The notes under the pieces were generated by a model. That model did no database searches, had not been told where the DNA came from, and saw only the letters and a program-made list of their open reading frames with translations. Below are positions 19,642 through 27,894 of a stretch of 38,050 nt of DNA, piece by piece. Location of the stretch: the sequence record SRR20825006_1617; one strand, 5' to 3'. Every line of letters begins with the position of its first letter. Position 1 is the stretch's first letter. The position numbers were made by a program, and so were the translations under genes.

Positions 19642-19761
19642 CAGCTATGAGCTTCTAGTCTCTAGCTTCTAGAAAAAGCAAAAAACGCAGCCTTGAGCTG
19701 CGTTTTTTGCTTTTATGGATCTTGTTCTTTACTCGTTGCTAGCAGCTCGCCGCTCGCAGCT
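19636..19761. repeat. Inverted arrays of degenerate 7-bp units (AGCTNCN-like) flanking a terminator
   Basis: Left: AGCTAAC AGCTATG AGCTTCT AGTCTCT AGCTTCT AG (19636-19672). Right, reverse complement: AGCTGCG AGCGGCG AGCTGCT AGCAACG AG (19732-19761). Confidence 0.6.
19674..19714. terminator. Bidirectional Rho-independent terminator between nfuA and the M48 peptidase gene
   Basis: Perfect 18-bp inverted repeat AAAAGCAAAAAACGCAGC-CTTGA-GCTGCGTTTTTTGCTTTT between convergent genes. Confidence 0.9.
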
Positions 19762-19766
19762 ATTCT

Positions 19767-20555
19767 TTACCCACACTGCGGGTTACGCCCCGCGGCTTTC
19801 GCCTGGTTATACAGCGGCATCACTTCCGGGATACGCGCTTCCAGGCCATTAATGCGGGTGCTGTTTGAGGGGTGGGTGGACATGAACTCCGGTGGCTCGT
19901 TGCCGTTATTGGCACTCATGTTCTGCCACAGGGAGACACTCTGCCTGGGGTCAAAACCGGCTTGAGCCATCAACTGCAGCCCAATGATATCCGCTTCAGC
20001 TTCATGCTTGCGGCTGAAGGGCAAGGCCAGGCCATACTCGGCACCGACCCCGAGGGCCGCCAGCACGCCTTGCTTGGTGGCACTGTCTTCGCCAGCCAGT
20101 GCGCCCAGCACCTGCATGCCACTCTGGGTGGCGTATTGCAGGGACATGCGCTCGTTGGAGTGCTGTGCCTGCACATGGCCGATTTCATGGCCAATCACGG
20201 TGGCGAGCTGACTCTGGTTATTGGCCACTTTCAGCAAGCCGGTATTGACTCCAATCTTGCCGCCGGGAAGAGCAAAGGCGTTGGCACTGTCGTCCTGGAA
20301 GAGGTTGACTTCCCATTGCTGGGAGCCATCCAGGGTGGAGGTGATCGCCGTGGTCACACAGCGGACATAAGCCGTCTGCTGCTGGCTGCTGCTTAGCGGT
20401 TTTTCCTCTTTCATCTGGGAATAGGCGGTGACACCCATTTCATCCATCTGGTCGGCGGGCAACAACAGAAACTGCTGGCGACCCAGCGGCGAGGTGGCAC
20501 AGGCAGCCAGGCTTCCGGCCAGTACGCCAAAGGTGAGAAATTTACGCAACGTCAT
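19767..20555 (-). CDS. M48 family zinc metallopeptidase lipoprotein (LoiP/Oma1-like)
   Basis: Lipobox LAAC, ANAFALPGGKI, HEIGH, FSRKHEAEAD, STHP. Confidence 0.93.
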   Translation of the reverse strand: MTLRKFLTFGVLAGSLAACATSPLGRQQFLLLPADQMDEMGVTAYSQMKEEKPLSSSQQQTAYVRCVTTAITSTLDGSQQWEVNLFQDDSANAFALPGGKIGVNTGLLKVANNQSQLATVIGHEIGHVQAQHSNERMSLQYATQSGMQVLGALAGEDSATKQGVLAALGVGAEYGLALPFSRKHEAEADIIGLQLMAQAGFDPRQSVSLWQNMSANNGNEPPEFMSTHPSNSTRINGLEARIPEVMPLYNQAKAAGRNPQCG

Positions 20556-20563
20556 CGTCTATT

Positions 20564-22225
20564 TTACTCCCATTCCCGCAGGAAACGTCGGGACACGAAC
20601 ATTAACCAGCCAGCCCAGCCGGCACTTGAGAGAAAGATAATAAAGCCAAACACCGAAATTCCCCAAGGGGCAGGGGGTACCCGGCCGCTCAACATGATGG
20701 CGCCGGCCAGCAATCCTCCAGTCACCAACAGGGTTTGGACCTGTCTGTACTGGCCACGTTCAATCCGCGTGATCAACCGTTCCAGATGCCGGGGATCAAT
20801 GCCCGCCTCACCGGGAGAGGCCTGGCCCGGTACCGGTGGCGGTGCATAAACCTTGTCGACCACGTCGAGTGCACGAAGGCTCAGGCTTTTGGCGAGCCGC
20901 ACCGGGGAATAACGTGTGCGGATCATGCGTTTGAGCAGGGGCTCGGCTTCGCTCATCAGGTCGAAATTCGGATTCAGCAGCCGGCCAAAGCCCTCAAGGG
21001 TAATGATGGCCTTGATAAACAGGGCGATATCGCTGGGTAAGACCAGGTTGTGATTGCGGACCAGGGCGGTGATGTCGTTGAGCAGGGCGGTGATGTCCAA
21101 CTGGGAAATAGACACGCCGTGGTACTGGCTGATCACGTCTTCTACGTCGGACACCAGCTGGTCGAACTTGATGGGTTGGCCGTCAGACCAGCCGGAGAGG
21201 ACGCCAGCGCACTGTTCCGCTTCGCGCAGTACCACTGCGCGGGTAATTTGCAGAATTTGTTCGCGGCGGCTGTGGCTGAGTTTGCCGACCATGCCGAAAT
21301 CCAGCATGGCAATCCGGTTTCCCGGCATGATGATGAAGTTTCCCGGGTGCGGGTCGGCATGGAAAAAGCCGTCTTCCAGGGCCATTTTCCAGGCTGCCAG
21401 TGCGCCTCGGCGTGCGATTAACTCCCGGTCCAGCCCGGCTTCGTTTAGACGTTCCACGGCTTTTGCCGGAATGCCCTCGACATGTTGCTGTACTTGCACG
21501 GTTGGCGAAGAGAGGTCCCAATACACTTTGGGAATCTGCAGCCATTTGAACTGCCGTAGGTTTTTACGGATACGGTCCGCGTTACGCCCTTCAATGGTGA
21601 AATCCAGTTCCCGTGTCAGCGACCGTTTGAATTCGCGCACCAGTTCCACGGGGCGGTAGCGTCGTAGTTCAACGGAATTGTCGGCGGCCAGTTTTGCTAG
21701 TTGATCAAGTAAGCGCAGGTCTGAATCAATTTTGTCGCGAATGCCGGGCTTTTGAACTTTCAGTACGACTTTCTGACCACGACGAGTCAGCGCGCTATGC
21801 ACCTGACCGATGGAGGCCACACCAATAGGGCTCGGATCAATTCGCGCGAAGAGAGCATCGACGGGTTTTCCCAACGCCGACTCGATGTCGCTCTTAAGCG
21901 ATTCGAATGGCACTGCCTGGGCCTGGTCTTGCAGTTTTTCAAATTCGGCAATCCAGTCCATGGGGAACATGTCCACCCGGGTTGCCAGCACCTGGCCGAG
22001 CTTGACGAAGGTCGGGCCCATTTCTTCCATGGCGTGACACAGGCGTTCTGCGGTGCCCATGCGCAGCATGTCTGGCTTCATGCTACTGCGAACCAGTTTG
22101 CCTGCATGCTCTACCGGGGTGGAAAGCCCCAGCCGCCGAATCACGTCGGCAAACCCGTATTTGAGCAGGATTGCCGCCAGCTCATTCATGCGCAGTAGAT
22201 CTTTACCCGTGTGCAGAAGGTTCAC
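20564..22225 (-). CDS. UbiB/AarF/ABC1 atypical kinase with C-terminal TM helices
   Basis: GPTFVKLGQ, ASIGQVH, VVLKVQKP, RELDF..E, FFHADPHPGN, LDFGMVG. Start set at a GTG near 22225 after AGGGA; uncertain. Confidence 0.9.
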   Translation of the reverse strand: MNLLHTGKDLLRMNELAAILLKYGFADVIRRLGLSTPVEHAGKLVRSSMKPDMLRMGTAERLCHAMEEMGPTFVKLGQVLATRVDMFPMDWIAEFEKLQDQAQAVPFESLKSDIESALGKPVDALFARIDPSPIGVASIGQVHSALTRRGQKVVLKVQKPGIRDKIDSDLRLLDQLAKLAADNSVELRRYRPVELVREFKRSLTRELDFTIEGRNADRIRKNLRQFKWLQIPKVYWDLSSPTVQVQQHVEGIPAKAVERLNEAGLDRELIARRGALAAWKMALEDGFFHADPHPGNFIIMPGNRIAMLDFGMVGKLSHSRREQILQITRAVVLREAEQCAGVLSGWSDGQPIKFDQLVSDVEDVISQYHGVSISQLDITALLNDITALVRNHNLVLPSDIALFIKAIITLEGFGRLLNPNFDLMSEAEPLLKRMIRTRYSPVRLAKSLSLRALDVVDKVYAPPPVPGQASPGEAGIDPRHLERLITRIERGQYRQVQTLLVTGGLLAGAIMLSGRVPPAPWGISVFGFIIFLSSAGWAGWLMFVSRRFLREWE

Positions 22226-22390
22226 AACATTATCCCTGTAAGCTGGGCGTGGTGCCCTGTCCGGACGCACTGTCGCATGGCTGCAACACACGGCCGGTAA
22301 AACGACGAGTTGGCTCGTTAGGCTGTCTTAACAGCATTATCGGTTTTCTGGCAAGATGCCATGGCAATCACTGCAAGGTAAAGCGCAAAC

Positions 22391-22714
22391 ATGTCTGAAC
22401 ACTATTTACGCGATGATCTGGTTGAAGTGCGCGACAGCCAGGTACACGGCCGCGGCCTTTTTGCCCGCCGGGACATTGTCCGTAACACGGAACTGGGCCA
22501 GTGCCGGGTAAAGCGCGCCAAGGGCAGCGGGCCTTATGTGTTGTGGCTGGATGATGAGGGTGAGGAGCGCTACCGCGTGTTGTGCGATTTGCGTTACATC
22601 AACCACAACAAGCGCGCCAATGTGGCCTATTACGATGATTTAACGGTGGTCGCGCTGAAAAAAATCAAGGCGGGTGACGAGCTGTTCCACGATTACGGGG
22701 ACGAGTGGACCTGA
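22391..22714 (+). CDS. Minimal SET-domain protein (putative protein-lysine methyltransferase)
   Basis: SQVHGRGLFARRDI, RYINH, VALKKIKAGDELFHDYG are the SET signature motifs; no post-SET cysteines. Confidence 0.88.
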   Translation: MSEHYLRDDLVEVRDSQVHGRGLFARRDIVRNTELGQCRVKRAKGSGPYVLWLDDEGEERYRVLCDLRYINHNKRANVAYYDDLTVVALKKIKAGDELFHDYGDEWT

Positions 22715-22764
22715 ATCGTCAAGGCCGTATCCGCGGTTGAATGAAACACGGTGCGTGTTGAGCC

Positions 22765-23454
22765 TCAAAACGGGCAAGGAGAAGTGAACTCCTGCCACAG
22801 GCCCGTTATGGGGTGATTAAATGCCAGCCACTCTGCATGCAGCAGTAAACGCGGGCTGAGCGCTTCAACGTCTGGTGGCGCGTACATGTCGCAGCCAATG
22901 ATCGGGTGGCCAAGTTCCCGGCAGTGAATGCGAAGCTGATGGCTGCGACCGGTCACCGGGCTGAGTAGCAGGCGAGTCCGGTTACCCGGGATATCCCGTT
23001 CCAGCACGCGATAGTGCGTCAATGCATTCTTGCCGGTCTCGTGACACACCTTCTGCAAGGGACGATTTGGCCAGTCCGCAATCAATGGCAGTTCGATCTT
23101 GCCGTTGTCATGCTCCACGAGGCCATGCACAACGGCCTGGTAGCGTTTCTGTACGGTGCGAAGCTGGAATAACCGGCTCAATCGGCTTTGCGCCTGGGCA
23201 GTAAGCGCAAACACCATGATGCCGGAGGTGTCCAGGTCCAGGCGGTGTACCAGTCGAATGTCCGGATACTGCGCCTGCAATCGGCGCACAGCGCAGTCCT
23301 TATTCTCCGGTGCACGACCGGGCACGCTTAGCAGGTAAGCGGGTTTGTTGATCAGCAGAATATGGTCATCCCGGTACAGCGTCCCTACGCGCTCATGGCA
23401 CAGAGGGACGATGTAGTAGGGCGCGCTCTCAGCCCCAGAGGGTGTGGAAGACAT
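22765..23454 (-). CDS. rluA: RluA-family pseudouridine synthase
   Basis: INKPAYLLSVPGR, VHRLDLDTSG, PLIADWPNRPLQKV, TGRSHQLRIH, GHPIIG. Start uncertain and overlaps the lon 3' end. Confidence 0.9.
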   Translation of the reverse strand: MSSTPSGAESAPYYIVPLCHERVGTLYRDDHILLINKPAYLLSVPGRAPENKDCAVRRLQAQYPDIRLVHRLDLDTSGIMVFALTAQAQSRLSRLFQLRTVQKRYQAVVHGLVEHDNGKIELPLIADWPNRPLQKVCHETGKNALTHYRVLERDIPGNRTRLLLSPVTGRSHQLRIHCRELGHPIIGCDMYAPPDVEALSPRLLLHAEWLAFNHPITGLWQEFTSPCPF

Positions 23455-25828
23455 CGCTGTACTGCTCGGCAAAATGGACGATGAGTCCCTGTTTCAGGTA
23501 GTCGGGCAGTTCATCAAAATCCCGGCGACAGGCTTCTGGAAGAATCACCTCCTTGATACCCACGCGACGGGCTGCGATGACTTTTTCGCGAATACCGCCA
23601 ACCGCCAATACTTGCCCAGTGAGCGTCAGCTCCCCGGTCATGGCAACCTTGCGGGGCACCCGCTTTTTCATCAGCAGAGAGAGCAGGGCTGTGGCCATGG
23701 TGACGCCAGCGCTGGGTCCGTCTTTAGGCGTTGCCCCTTCAGGAACATGCAGATGCAGGAAGGCCTCGTCGAGCTGCTCCGGGTTCAGAGAGAACTGCGA
23801 CAGATTGCTCGCCACGTAGCTGTAGGCGATCTCGGCGGATTCTTTCATCACATCGCCCAGTTGCCCGGTGAGCTTGAAGCCTCGTTGTTTGCTGTGTACC
23901 TGATTGGCTTCAATGGACAAGGTGGCGCCGCCCATGGCGGTCCACGCGAGCCCGGTAACCACACCCACACCGCGCTGGGTTTTCTCTGTCTGGAAATACG
24001 GTTGGCCAAGGAAATCGGTCAGGTTCTTGCCGGAGATGCTGAGTTTCTTCTCGCCAGCCAACAGTTTCACCGCAGCTTTGCGGATGATCTTGTTGAGTTG
24101 CTTTTCCAGGTTCCGTACCCCGGCTTCACGGGCATAGCCTTCCACCACATGACGCAGGGCGCTGTCGCTGATGCGCAGCTGCCCCGGTTTGACGCCGGCC
24201 CGTTCCAGGGAACGGGGCCACAGGTGTTGCCGGGCGATGGCCACTTTCTCTTCGGTGATATAACCAGAGAGACGGATGACTTCCATGCGATCGAGCAGGG
24301 GGCCGGGAATGCTGTCCAAGGTGTTGGCCGTACAGATAAACAGGGCGTGGCTCAGGTCCAGGCGTTCATCCAGATAATGATCCAGGAAGTCCTGATTTTG
24401 TTCCGGGTCGAGTACTTCCAGAAGCGCGGAAGCCGGATCGCCCTGAAACGACTGTCCCAGCTTGTCGACTTCATCAAGCATGATTACGGGGTTGCTGGTG
24501 CCGGTTTCTTTCAACGCCTGGACCAGTTTGCCGGGCATGGCGCCGATGTAGGTGCGCCGGTGGCCTTTGATTTCTGCTTCGTCGCGCATGCCGCCCAGGC
24601 TGAACCGGTAGAACTGGCGATCCAGGGCATCGGCGATGGACTTGCCGATGCTGGTCTTGCCCACGCCAGGCGGCCCCACCAGCAGAATGATGGAGCCTTT
24701 CACTTCACCGCGCAGGGCGCCAACGGCGAGAAATTCGATGATGCGGTCTTTCACATCATCCAGCCCGCTGTGGTGTTCGCCGAGCACTTTCTGGGCATGG
24801 CCCAGGTCCAGATTGTCATCGCTGTACTGGCCCCAGGGGACGCTGGTCAGCCAGTCCAGGTAGTTACGGGTTACGCCATACTCTGGTGAGCCGGTTTCCA
24901 GCACGGACAGTTTCTGTAATTCATCGTCGAAGCGCTTTTGTACCGGCTCCGGGGGCGAGAGGGCTTCCATGCGTTCACGGAAGGCATCTGCTTCGGCGGT
25001 CTTGTCGTCCTTGCTCAGGCCCAGTTCACGCTGGATGATTTTAAGCTGTTCGCGGAGAAAGAATTCGCGCTGATGCTGGCTGACCTTCTCGTTGACCTCG
25101 TCGGAAATTTCGCTTTGCAGCCGGGCAACCTCAAGCTCCTTTTTTACCAGTGTGAGGACTTTCTCCATGCGCGGCTTCAGCGGCACAGTTTCCAGAATGG
25201 TTTGCAGCTCTACACCGTTGGCACTGGTGAGTGCGGCGGCAAAATCGGTAAGTGGCGAGGGTTCGCTGGGCGAGAAATTTTGCAGGTAGTGGCGCAGCCC
25301 TTCGTTGTAGAGCGGGTTAAGCGGCAGCAATTCCTTGATGGTGTTGATGATCGCCATTCCGTAGGCGCGGATGGTTTCATCGGCTTCGGCGCGGGGCTCC
25401 GGGTAGCTTACATCCGCCATAAACGGGTGTTTTCGGTTTAACCAGCTGTTAATGCGAAAGCGCGCGGTGCCTTGGGCAACCAGCTGAAACTGGTCGTTTT
25501 CTTCATTGAGGGCATGGACTTTTACCAGACAGCCGAACTCGGGAAAATCCTCGGCGGTTACCGAGTCCGGGTTCTTTTCCCCCACGTACACCAGCCCCAG
25601 AGACTGGTGCGGCGTCTGGCTGACCCGCTCCAGGGTTTGCTGCCAGCGTTTTTTGTCGAGCATCACTGGCTGCACCAGCCCCGGCATAAAGGGCCGGTGT
25701 TTGACCGGGATCAGGTAAATGCGCTGGGGCGGCGTGTGGTTTGGTACAGCAAGACCGCCGGCGTGCGATTCACTATTCTCAGCATTGGGTTTGTCGGTAT
25801 GGGGATGGGCGCTATCGTTGTCAGTCAT
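23429..25828 (-). CDS. lon: ATP-dependent Lon protease (probably a second, AsrA-like paralogue)
   Basis: Lon N domain, Walker A GPPGVGKT, LDEVDK, catalytic PKDGPSAG and GGIREK; not flanked by clpX/hupB. Confidence 0.93.
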   Translation of the reverse strand: MTDNDSAHPHTDKPNAENSESHAGGLAVPNHTPPQRIYLIPVKHRPFMPGLVQPVMLDKKRWQQTLERVSQTPHQSLGLVYVGEKNPDSVTAEDFPEFGCLVKVHALNEENDQFQLVAQGTARFRINSWLNRKHPFMADVSYPEPRAEADETIRAYGMAIINTIKELLPLNPLYNEGLRHYLQNFSPSEPSPLTDFAAALTSANGVELQTILETVPLKPRMEKVLTLVKKELEVARLQSEISDEVNEKVSQHQREFFLREQLKIIQRELGLSKDDKTAEADAFRERMEALSPPEPVQKRFDDELQKLSVLETGSPEYGVTRNYLDWLTSVPWGQYSDDNLDLGHAQKVLGEHHSGLDDVKDRIIEFLAVGALRGEVKGSIILLVGPPGVGKTSIGKSIADALDRQFYRFSLGGMRDEAEIKGHRRTYIGAMPGKLVQALKETGTSNPVIMLDEVDKLGQSFQGDPASALLEVLDPEQNQDFLDHYLDERLDLSHALFICTANTLDSIPGPLLDRMEVIRLSGYITEEKVAIARQHLWPRSLERAGVKPGQLRISDSALRHVVEGYAREAGVRNLEKQLNKIIRKAAVKLLAGEKKLSISGKNLTDFLGQPYFQTEKTQRGVGVVTGLAWTAMGGATLSIEANQVHSKQRGFKLTGQLGDVMKESAEIAYSYVASNLSQFSLNPEQLDEAFLHLHVPEGATPKDGPSAGVTMATALLSLLMKKRVPRKVAMTGELTLTGQVLAVGGIREKVIAARRVGIKEVILPEACRRDFDELPDYLKQGLIVHFAEQYSDVFHTLWG

Positions 25829-25882
25829 AATCCTGTCACTTCCATGGTCCGTGGAAAGAACATGGTGGCGAGGCGGGAAAAT

Positions 25883-26518
25883 TCAATTGTCGATGATTAA
25901 CAGATCCGCGCACAAGGCTCTGGGGGTTTTCGTGCGGCGCTCTACCACGCGGCTGTTGAGCTTACCGGCTTCGCATTTCTCCGCCAGGGCGTAGAACGGG
26001 GAGCGGCCCGGGTCGGCAATGATGATTTGTTTGACGCCAGCGCGCAGGCTGCGGCGAATCAGATTATAGAGCACCGGGGTTAGTTCATCCCAGAAACAGA
26101 TATCCGCACCGGCGACGATATCCACATCAGCCAGCCGGGCCTGTGTCAGCTTCTCGAAGCGGGCCTGGAGCGGCGTAACATCCACCTTGTTGATGCTGGC
26201 ATGCAAATCCAGATAGGGGTACACGTCCGGGTCCGCATCCACCGCGGTCACCCGGCAGCCAAAGCGTTTTGCCGTGAAAATGGACAGCGGTCCCCAGCCG
26301 CAGCCGATATCCATCAAATGCTCATCAGCGGACAGCTTCCGTTTGGTCAGGTGATCCATGATCAGGTAGCTGGAATTCCACACTTTATTGCCGTGAATTG
26401 ATGGCGTGTGGTTGGCCCGTTTCAGCCGGCGGACTTCCTTGTGGCCGGAACGCAGCAGGGTAATGCCGCGAGTGCGAATGGTATGGGGGTCTCCAGCACG
26501 TATAACTGTTCCTGACAT
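25883..26518 (-). CDS. Class I SAM-dependent methyltransferase with METTL21/Methyltransf_16-like motifs
   Basis: GNKVWNSSYL pre-motif, motif I MDIGCGWG, post-I VTAVD, motif II DIVAGADICF, IIIADPGR. Confidence 0.8.
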   Translation of the reverse strand: MSGTVIRAGDPHTIRTRGITLLRSGHKEVRRLKRANHTPSIHGNKVWNSSYLIMDHLTKRKLSADEHLMDIGCGWGPLSIFTAKRFGCRVTAVDADPDVYPYLDLHASINKVDVTPLQARFEKLTQARLADVDIVAGADICFWDELTPVLYNLIRRSLRAGVKQIIIADPGRSPFYALAEKCEAGKLNSRVVERRTKTPRALCADLLIIDN

Positions 26519-26546
26519 AATTGTTCACCAGCGGCAAAGTTTGGAA

Positions 26547-26590
26547 ACAGTACGGTCAAGCCCCCTGTGATTCAAGTATGAAATCACAGG
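26547..26590. promoter_or_regulatory. Palindromic operator candidate overlapping a minus-strand sigma70 promoter
   Basis: CCTGTGATT-CAAGTATGA-AATCACAGG (26564-26590); minus-strand TTGAAT-17-TACTGT; a plus-strand CATAAT follows immediately. Confidence 0.55.
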
Positions 26591-26628
26591 CATAATGCAG
26601 GAATGGCGATACGAGTGACAAAAACAGA

Positions 26629-27873
26629 ATGATCAGAAAAGGCATCGTGGGCCTGGGCGGTCTGGCTGCCGGGCGTTCGCGGTATGTTCGTGCTGTTGCT
26701 GCGGTGGCCAGAATCGGGGCGGTGTATGCGTCCAGTCTGCGCAGTGAGGATAAGACTGCTTGCCATCGTCGCGGGGCACGAATTCTGGTGGCACTGTGCC
26801 GTCGCAATGGAGCTTTCTGGGTCAAGGCCGCCCAATTTTTCAGCTGTCGACCTGATGTGTTGCCGCTGGAATATATCGAAGCATTCCAGCAGCTGCAGAA
26901 TGATGCCCAACCTGTTCCTTTCCCGTTGATTGAAAAAAGACTGCGACGTTCCTGGGGCAGTGACTGGCGTGAGCAATTTACCTGGCTCGATGAAACACCA
27001 GTGGCGGTGGCGTCCATTGCTCAGGTACACCGCGCACAGCTCAAGGATGGCCGTGAGGTTGCCATCAAGGTGCGTTTGCCGGGTGTGAAGAAAGTCTTTG
27101 AGCAAGATGCCAAAGTCTTTCAGGCAGTGGCGGCGCTGGTAGCCCCCACCTTTCGTGAATTCGACCTGCAGCAGGCCATTGAGCAGCTGCTGATCATGAC
27201 GGCCATGGAGCTGGATTTCCGCAACGAAGCCGCGAACACGTTGCGTTTTTCCCGCCAGCCCCATCACGAACGCATTCGCATCCCGGATATCATTGAGGGT
27301 TTGTGCGGTGAGACGGTGTTGGTGACCAGTTGGGAAGGCGGGCAGCGGTTGCGTAATTACCTGGATTCCCACTCTGAAAAAGCCCAGGATCTGCTGGGGG
27401 TGCTGTTGACCAGCTATCTTCAGCAGGTCACCCGGTTTGGCGTCTACCAGGCAGATCCGCATCCAGGCAACTTTCTGGTGAATGAAGACGAGCAGGTGGT
27501 GATTCTGGATTATGGCGCGATCGGGGTGCTCACCGCCGATGAGGTGCGCCGTTACTCCCGTCTGCTATATGGTTTGATGGGCTTTGAGGGGCCGGTGGAT
27601 ATCGGTGAGCTTTTCGTGCAAGCCGGATTCAAGGGTGGTAGCCCGGAAACCCTGAAAGAGCTGGCGCTCTATGTTCTGACTGATCGCCTCAATGAACAGG
27701 GGCCGATAGGCGCCATGGGTGAATTGATGAACCGGTTCAGGGAAGAGCGCATCAGTATTCCCGATTCCTATATTGGCATTTCCCGGGTGCTGATTACGCT
27801 GGGTGGTTTCCTGATGAGTTATCAGGTGCCGTTTGACTGGACTCCGCCGGAGCAGCGCGCCGGCGGAGGTTGA
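26629..27873 (+). CDS. UbiB/AarF/ABC1 atypical kinase, short form with variant motifs
   Basis: VKAAQFFSCRPD, ASIAQVHRA, VAIKV, ELDFRNEA, YQADPHPGN, LDYG. Confidence 0.88.
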   Translation: MIRKGIVGLGGLAAGRSRYVRAVAAVARIGAVYASSLRSEDKTACHRRGARILVALCRRNGAFWVKAAQFFSCRPDVLPLEYIEAFQQLQNDAQPVPFPLIEKRLRRSWGSDWREQFTWLDETPVAVASIAQVHRAQLKDGREVAIKVRLPGVKKVFEQDAKVFQAVAALVAPTFREFDLQQAIEQLLIMTAMELDFRNEAANTLRFSRQPHHERIRIPDIIEGLCGETVLVTSWEGGQRLRNYLDSHSEKAQDLLGVLLTSYLQQVTRFGVYQADPHPGNFLVNEDEQVVILDYGAIGVLTADEVRRYSRLLYGLMGFEGPVDIGELFVQAGFKGGSPETLKELALYVLTDRLNEQGPIGAMGELMNRFREERISIPDSYIGISRVLITLGGFLMSYQVPFDWTPPEQRAGGG

Positions 27874-27894
27874 TCAGCTGGGGCCAGCAGTATT

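Noticed and set aside
23444..24889. 481-aa plus-strand ORF antisense to lon
   Set aside because: Same antisense shadow effect; lon explains the region fully.
26566..26588. CRP/Vfr site
   Set aside because: TGTGA and TCACA are 13 bp apart rather than 6.
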